DNA of 20,007 bases from Anaerolineales bacterium. Its GTDB lineage: Bacteria > Chloroflexota > Anaerolineae > Anaerolineales > Villigracilaceae. The position numbers and the translations under genes are program-made. This document shows positions 15,377 through 20,007 of this stretch, piece after piece. The DNA lies in the NCBI GenBank assembly GCA_036525495.1, contig DATDAG010000321.1, positions 1 to 20,007 of the forward strand, written 5' to 3'. Position 1 is the first letter of the stretch. Each line of letters begins with the position of its first letter. Under the pieces are notes generated by a model. The model saw only the letters and a list, made by a program, of their open reading frames with translations. It was not told the DNA's origin and made no database searches.

Positions 15377-15452
15377 AGGTAAATTCCCCTGCGTGCGGTA
15401 TGGCGATTCGGTCGCCGTTTTATTATTATTTACCCAGCCCAAAGGAGGCACC

Positions 15453-15692
15453 ATGACAGATGTAATAAAGGAAGACCAGGTATTGGATTGTTCAGGTATG
15501 CTCTGCCCTCTGCCTGTTGTTAAGACTTCCAAAGCGATCAAGGAACTGCAATCGGGACAGATCCTGAAAATGATCGCGACAGATCCCGGCGCGCCGCCGG
15601 ATATGGAGGCGTGGAGCAGGCAAACGGGGAATGATTTGCTCCGGTCCATGCAGGAAGATGGGAAGTTTGTCTTCTTCTTCCGCAAGAAATAA
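15453..15692 (+). CDS. tusA: TusA/SirA-family sulfur carrier protein
   Basis: LDCSGMLCPLPVVKTSKAIKELQSGQILKMIATDPGAPPDM aligns with E. coli TusA LDALGLRCPEPV...IADDPATTRDI (recalled from memory), with the active-site Cys in CPxP. I chose the ATG at 15453, with AAAGGAGG at 15441-15448, over the listed 15393 start. Confidence 0.85.
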   Translation: MTDVIKEDQVLDCSGMLCPLPVVKTSKAIKELQSGQILKMIATDPGAPPDMEAWSRQTGNDLLRSMQEDGKFVFFFRKK

Positions 15693-15818
15693 AGCGGGTG
15701 CCACTGCGATGGAGCGAAGCAGTTTCCTTTTTCTATGAGAGATTGCTTTTCGCACAATCCTGATGCACGGTGTCAGGAAAAATCGCAACGGTATCATTAA
15801 CTTTAAAGAGAGGTTAAC

Positions 15819-16343
15819 ATGTCAAAATCTGATCCGAATGCTCCGAAGAGACTGGCTCTCATTTCCAGCAAAGGGACTCTTGATTGGGCCTATCCCCCAT
15901 TCATTCTTGCGACTGCAGGAGCTGCGATGGGTTGGGAGGTAGGCGTTTTCTTTACCTTTTTCGGCTTGCCCCTGCTAAAACCAAAACTGACTGCCGCAGT
16001 CTCACCTTTGGGCAACCCAGCCATGCCGATGAAAATGCCCTTTGGACCTGAAGGTTTCCAGAATATCAATTGGCCCATGCCAAACCTGCTCATGGCGAAC
16101 GTGCCCGGATTTGAATCGGTTGCCACGAGCCTGATGAAACAGACTTTCAAGAACAAAGGTGTGGCTACCATTGAAGAGATGCGCGATATGGCGGTCGAAA
16201 TGGATGTTCGCCTGATCGGTTGCCAAATGACAATGGATGTCTTCGGGTTTAAAAGAGAAGACTTCATTTCAGAAGCAGAGATCGGCGGCGCGGCGACCTT
16301 CCTAGAATATGCTGCAGACGCGGATGTGCAGTTGTTCATCTAA
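15819..16343 (+). CDS. DsrE/DsrF-like family sulfur-transfer protein (long, COG2210-like form)
   Basis: KRLALISSKGTLDWAYPPFILATAGAAMGWEVGVFFTFFG and the C-terminal IGCQMTMDVFG...GGAATFLEYA...LFI are typical of the family as I recall it. There is a single Cys (codon 16221-16223). GAGAGG lies 5 nt before the ATG. Confidence 0.75.
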   Translation: MSKSDPNAPKRLALISSKGTLDWAYPPFILATAGAAMGWEVGVFFTFFGLPLLKPKLTAAVSPLGNPAMPMKMPFGPEGFQNINWPMPNLLMANVPGFESVATSLMKQTFKNKGVATIEEMRDMAVEMDVRLIGCQMTMDVFGFKREDFISEAEIGGAATFLEYAADADVQLFI

Positions 16344-16347
16344 TTGG

Positions 16348-16382
16348 AAATCGGCGGCTTAAGATCACTTAACCGCCGATTT
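16348..16382 (+). terminator. Strong hairpin immediately after the dsrE-like stop; terminator/attenuator-like
   Basis: AAATCGGCGGCTTAAG-atca-CTTAACCGCCGATTT forms a stem of about 15 bp with one bulged C (16358) and a 4-nt loop. It is followed by ATATAAAA, so the U-tract is poor (TTT lies partly in the stem). Confidence 0.45.
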
Positions 16383-16407
16383 ATATAAAACCCGGAGTGG
16401 AGAAAAG

Positions 16408-16746
16408 ATGGACGATTTTTCTGTAAAACACGAACTCAACGGAAACGTAGCTGTAGTTACCGTTTCAGGCAGAGTGGATTCTTTTACTGCCTCAATGCTG
16501 GATACTGAACTGGCAAAAATTGTACGCGAAAATAAACAGTTGGTATTGGATCTCAAGGAAGTGGTGTATATGTCATCCGCGGGGGTACGCGCCATCGTCA
16601 GGACATTACAGACTGCACAAAAGTCAAATGGCGGGGTCAGTCTGGCTTGTGTCACCGAGTCTGTTGAAACGGTCTTACGGACCGTCGGAATGTTGGAATT
16701 ACTCAAGGTGTATCCATCTGTGGATGAAGCAGTTGCAAGTTTCTAA
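16408..16746 (+). CDS. STAS-domain protein (anti-sigma-factor antagonist, SpoIIAA/RsbV-like)
   Basis: The 112-aa protein aligns by hand to B. subtilis SpoIIAA around the phospho-serine: LDLKEVVYMSSAGVRAIV versus LNLEDLSFMDSSGLGVIL, so Ser57 here matches Ser58 there. The C-terminal VLRTVGMLELLKVYPSVDEAV is typical of the family. GGAG lies 5 nt upstream, and the gene ends in a double stop TAATAA. Confidence 0.8.
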   Translation: MDDFSVKHELNGNVAVVTVSGRVDSFTASMLDTELAKIVRENKQLVLDLKEVVYMSSAGVRAIVRTLQTAQKSNGGVSLACVTESVETVLRTVGMLELLKVYPSVDEAVASF

Positions 16747-16767
16747 TAAAAAGAGGAGAGGGCAGTT

Positions 16768-17163
16768 ATGTGGAAATCGAACGACCCTGATGAGAAAAAG
16801 ATCTTGTACGTCCAAACTCACGGAAGGAAAGACCCCGAGCGGACGGCTACGCCGTTCTTTCTCGCGACCGCCGCGGCCGCAATGGACAACGAGGTCTGCA
16901 TCTACTTTACGATGAACGGACCACAGTGTCTATCAAAAGGTGCGGGAGATGAGATCGTTGTTCCCAAGGCGGGAGGCGGTGGGAGGGAACTGAAATACTT
17001 CATCGACCAGGCAATTGACATGGGCGTGCGGCTCTTTGTCTGTCAGCCATCGCTCGACCTGCATGGTTTCACAATGGATGACATGATCGAGGGTGTGGAG
17101 ATGATCGGTGGCGCTGCATTCAATGACATGGCTGTTCATGCCGATGCAGTGATTTCTTTTTAG
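16768..17163 (+). CDS. DsrE-family protein (short, COG2044-like form)
   Basis: KKILYVQTHGRKDPERTATPFFLATAAAAMDNEVCIYFTMNG and RLFVCQPSLDLHGF...IGGAAFNDM...VISF. The Cys in VCQPS sits at the position equivalent to GCQMT of the other paralogue. GAGGAG lies 9 nt upstream. Confidence 0.7.
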   Translation: MWKSNDPDEKKILYVQTHGRKDPERTATPFFLATAAAAMDNEVCIYFTMNGPQCLSKGAGDEIVVPKAGGGGRELKYFIDQAIDMGVRLFVCQPSLDLHGFTMDDMIEGVEMIGGAAFNDMAVHADAVISF

Positions 17164-17203
17164 CGTCTCAACGATCCCACGTTTCAACATTTTAGGAGGC
17201 ACA

Positions 17204-17911
17204 ATGCCTACCACATTAGATAATTGGAATCCAGGCAAGGCTGAAAGTCGTCATCCCGAAGCGACCTACGAAGAAAAGGAACGCCTCTTTCTTGAGGTCA
17301 AGAATGATACGCGCTACGAAGACTTCCTGTATGGATGTTACGAGTGCGGTATTTGTGTTTCGGCTTGTCCGTCCGCGCGTTTCTATGATTTCAGTCCGCG
17401 TGTGATCGCGCAGGCCATGGCACGCGAAGATGTTGAACGTATCTACGACATCATCACTGAAGACATTTGGAATTGCGCACAATGCTTCTCCTGCGTACGT
17501 TGTCCGCGTCAAAACAACCCTGGGGGGCTGGTCACCATTTTGCGCGAAGTCTCCCTCAAAAATGGATTACAAGAATCGAAAGATGCTTTGCAAGGTTACA
17601 GCCGTGTGATCTATAAGGTCATGCTCAAAGGCAATCAGGTTTCGCCTGATATGCTCCAGCCCGATTTCTTCCCCGACTGGGGTCCGTGGGTGCAGGGCTT
17701 TACCGAAAACATGCACGTCTGGCGTAAAGCCATTCCTATGGATTCGATCCGCGGGTTGACCGATGTTGCCTGGCGCACAGATCGTAAAACGCTTCTTGAA
17801 CTGTACACCATCTGGTTCGAGTCTGGCAATATGGACATCATCAAAGAATTGGATGAAAGCCTGTATGACCTGTTGACCGAAGTAATGGAAGAAGAATTGG
17901 AAGAGGGTTAA
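17204..17911 (+). CDS. hdrC: Heterodisulfide reductase subunit C-like protein (two [4Fe-4S] motifs)
   Basis: CYECGICVSACP (CxxCxxCxxxCP) and CAQCFSCVRCP. AGGAGG is at 17194-17199. Confidence 0.85.
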   Translation: MPTTLDNWNPGKAESRHPEATYEEKERLFLEVKNDTRYEDFLYGCYECGICVSACPSARFYDFSPRVIAQAMAREDVERIYDIITEDIWNCAQCFSCVRCPRQNNPGGLVTILREVSLKNGLQESKDALQGYSRVIYKVMLKGNQVSPDMLQPDFFPDWGPWVQGFTENMHVWRKAIPMDSIRGLTDVAWRTDRKTLLELYTIWFESGNMDIIKELDESLYDLLTEVMEEELEEG

Positions 17912-17981
17912 ACGCTTCGCGCTTAACCCAAACTTGATTCTGACTTAATGGTTTGATCCACGCTGAAAACTGGAGAACACT

Positions 17982-19202
17982 ATGACCGAAAATATGACCA
18001 CAGTTGAAGAGATCCTGGAACGAAAATCAAAACCCGTCATCCGTGATGCCTCTGTCGCGCCGACAGAAGACATGCACGACCGCTTGCTGGAACTTGAAGC
18101 CAAGGGTGAGATCATCCTGCAAAAGGTTCCCGAGCCTTATGTGGAATTTACGACCAAATATGGGCGCAAGAAAAAGATCCCCATCGAGCACACCTGGCAT
18201 CACAAATCCTGCGGCCACTGCGGACATATCCCTGGCTACGCATCATCCATCCTTTGGCTTCATCGCCAATTTAATTTGGATTATCACGATCCCACAGATC
18301 AAACATCCTGTACTGGCTGGAACTATTATGCGTCTGCAGCCTCCAACGCAGTGGGACAAGCCGCCGTTATGTCACGCAATTTTGCAGCCGCCTATGAGAC
18401 TGGATACTTCCCTTTAATCCATTGTGGTACATCCTTCGGTCACTACAAGGAGATCCGCGAACAGCTTGTTCATCACAAAGACTTGCGCGATGATGTCCGC
18501 CGCATTCTTGATAAGATGGGAAAACCCCTTGTTATCCCTGAAGAAATTGTTCATTACAGTGAGTGGGTTTATGCCATGCGCGATAAATTTGCTGAGCGCC
18601 AACTCGTGGACATGAGCGCCATCACAGCCACCGTACATCCTGCCTGTCACTACTACAAGATTGTTGCGGAAGATGCCATCTACGATCCCGAAATCTACGG
18701 CGGGCAGCGCACCGCAGTTGTTACAGCCCTACTTGAAAAACTTAACATGAACGTTGCGGATTACTCAACCTGGTTCGATTGCTGTGGATTTGGTTTCCGT
18801 CACGTGCTTGTTCAACGCGACTTCACCCGCTCTTATGCAGTTCTTCGCAAAATTGAGACCATGATCAACGAAGCCAACCCCGATCTGACAGTCACGCACG
18901 ACACAGGTTGTGTGACCACTCTTGATAAAAGCCAGTTTGCAGCCAAAGCACATGACCGCAAAGTGGGTGTCCCCGTTTTGTCTGACGCGCAGGTCGCGGC
19001 TTTGGCGATGGGAGCACATCCTTTCCGCGTAGTGCAGTTCCACTGGCATTCAACAGATTGGCGTCCGTTCCTCGAGAAACTTGGCATCAACTGGCAGAAA
19101 TACTGGGACGAGTTCCAGGGCGACCTTGATCAGATCCGCGCAGGCACAAAATCTGGAATTACCTGGGAAGATGCAGATCAACCCATTCATTTGACGGCTT
19201 AA
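17982..19202 (+). CDS. hdrB: Heterodisulfide reductase subunit B-like protein (CCG cysteine-rich domains)
   Basis: The C-terminal CCG-type pattern is C222...C267 C268 (FDCCGFG)...C310. The N-terminal cysteines are C77xxC80, C110 and C148. GGAG lies 6 nt upstream. Confidence 0.85.
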   Translation: MTENMTTVEEILERKSKPVIRDASVAPTEDMHDRLLELEAKGEIILQKVPEPYVEFTTKYGRKKKIPIEHTWHHKSCGHCGHIPGYASSILWLHRQFNLDYHDPTDQTSCTGWNYYASAASNAVGQAAVMSRNFAAAYETGYFPLIHCGTSFGHYKEIREQLVHHKDLRDDVRRILDKMGKPLVIPEEIVHYSEWVYAMRDKFAERQLVDMSAITATVHPACHYYKIVAEDAIYDPEIYGGQRTAVVTALLEKLNMNVADYSTWFDCCGFGFRHVLVQRDFTRSYAVLRKIETMINEANPDLTVTHDTGCVTTLDKSQFAAKAHDRKVGVPVLSDAQVAALAMGAHPFRVVQFHWHSTDWRPFLEKLGINWQKYWDEFQGDLDQIRAGTKSGITWEDADQPIHLTA

Positions 19203-19221
19203 TACCTTCGGAGGAAATAAT

Positions 19222-20007
19222 ATGACATCTGGCAAAGTACTCATCATCGGCGGCGGACCATCAGGACTTGAGTCTGCTCGCTGCGTGGCTGAACTGGGCG
19301 GGGAAGCCATTCTCATTGAAAAACGTGAACGTCTCGGCGGCACACCAGATCGCGAGAATTATGCCAAGCTGACCCATCACTGGCGTGACGCGTCTGAAGC
19401 GATGGCTGAAATGTCTGCTGCGGTCACGAATAACCCCAATGTGGAAGTGAAGTATCAGACCGAAATGAAGTCACTGTCTGGAGAAGCTGGCAATTTCACG
19501 GTTGAGATCGAAGCGGGCGGCAAAGCCGAATCCCTGAACGTTGGTTCGGTTATTGTTGCTACAGGCTTCCAGCATTTTGATCCAGGCCGCGCCACGCAAT
19601 ACTACAACTACTATTCGTTCCCTGATGTCATCACGTTGACCGATCTTGAAAAGATGTTGAAGGAACATAACGTGGTGCGCCCATCGAATGGCGAAGCGCC
19701 AAAGAAGATCGCGTTCGTGCAGTGTGTGGGTTCGCGTGATCGCCAGATCGGTAACGAATATTGTTCAAAAGTTTGCTGTGGTATTGCTAGCAAACAGGCG
19801 ATCGAATTACGACAGCAGCTGCCTGATTCAAAGGTGATGATCTTCTATATTGACATGCGCATGTATGGCTACTGGGAGAACGAGATCTACTGGCCCGCGC
19901 AGGAAAAATATAAAGTCAATTATGTGAAAGGTGTGATCAGTGAAGTGTTGCCAAAAGGTAACCAGCTCCTGGTACGCGGTGAAGATACGACCATGTCCCG
20001 CCCGATG
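19222..20007 (+). CDS. hdrA: Heterodisulfide reductase subunit A-like flavoprotein, 3'-truncated by window edge
   Basis: This gene is absent from the ORF track because it has no stop in the window. My translation from the ATG at 19222 (GGAGGA at 19210-19215) gives MTSGKVLIIGGGPSGLESARCVAELGGEAILIEKRERLGGT (FAD Rossmann GxGxxG) and the HdrA cluster motif VQCVGSRD...YCSKVCCG. The frame is open for 262 codons to nt 20007. Confidence 0.9.
   Translation, partial: MTSGKVLIIGGGPSGLESARCVAELGGEAILIEKRERLGGTPDRENYAKLTHHWRDASEAMAEMSAAVTNNPNVEVKYQTEMKSLSGEAGNFTVEIEAGGKAESLNVGSVIVATGFQHFDPGRATQYYNYYSFPDVITLTDLEKMLKEHNVVRPSNGEAPKKIAFVQCVGSRDRQIGNEYCSKVCCGIASKQAIELRQQLPDSKVMIFYIDMRMYGYWENEIYWPAQEKYKVNYVKGVISEVLPKGNQLLVRGEDTTMSRPM

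Noticed and set aside
15393-15452. Longer TusA start at 15393
   Set aside because: The extension would read through the hairpin/T-tract leader and add a hydrophobic non-TusA peptide. The ATG at 15453 has a near-perfect AAAGGAGG SD and gives a canonical ~79-aa TusA.
15278-15757. 159-aa minus-strand ORF spanning the kinase/tusA intergenic region and antisense to tusA. Also 15890-16339 and 16365-16706 antisense to the dsrE-like and STAS genes.
   Set aside because: They overlap genes with strong SD sequences and clear family motifs on the plus strand, and they show no motifs of their own.
1-20007. Mobile elements, phage or defence-system hallmarks, CRISPR repeats, and tRNA/rRNA genes
   Set aside because: I saw no transposase, integrase, nuclease, helicase, methylase or toxin-antitoxin-like ORFs. 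There are no regularly spaced direct repeats. None of the five non-coding gaps over 80 nt shows tRNA-like T-loop or anticodon-arm sequences. A covariance-model scan (tRNAscan or Rfam) would be needed to fully exclude small RNAs.

Overview
Densely coded bacterial chromosomal window with moderate GC by eye and GGAGG-type ribosome-binding sites. I saw no rRNA, tRNA, CRISPR array, transposase/integrase or long DNA repeat. There are three blocks. (1) nt 2-8999 (+) is a tightly coupled signalling operon: a HAMP/multi-GAF sensor without a kinase domain, a soluble histidine kinase, a threonine-synthase-family PLP enzyme fused to a C-terminal receiver domain, two tandem CheY-like receivers, a second canonical-looking archaeal-type threonine synthase, a third CheY-like receiver and a tandem-GNAT acetyltransferase. 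None of the four receivers carries a DNA-binding output. This is my best candidate for an undescribed system: a phosphorelay whose outputs are PLP/acetyl-transfer enzymes rather than transcription. (2) nt 9090-12975 (+) holds a tungsten-type aldehyde:ferredoxin oxidoreductase translationally coupled (ATGA) to a class II aldolase, followed by a polytopic membrane protein. (3) nt 12990-15312 (-) is a NarL/LuxR-type two-component pair (membrane-GAF-HisKA_3 kinase plus REC-HTH regulator). It is divergent from a sulfur-oxidation type heterodisulfide-reductase-like (sHdr) cluster at nt 15453-20007 (+): tusA, dsrE-family, a STAS/anti-sigma-antagonist gene, a second dsrE-family gene, hdrC, hdrB and hdrA (3'-truncated). 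The STAS gene embedded as first gene of the dsrE-hdrCBA unit is the second notable oddity. The repeat-rich GAF sensors, AOR and sHdr repertoire are reminiscent of Chloroflexota-like genomes. That taxonomic guess is inference only and needs a database search.
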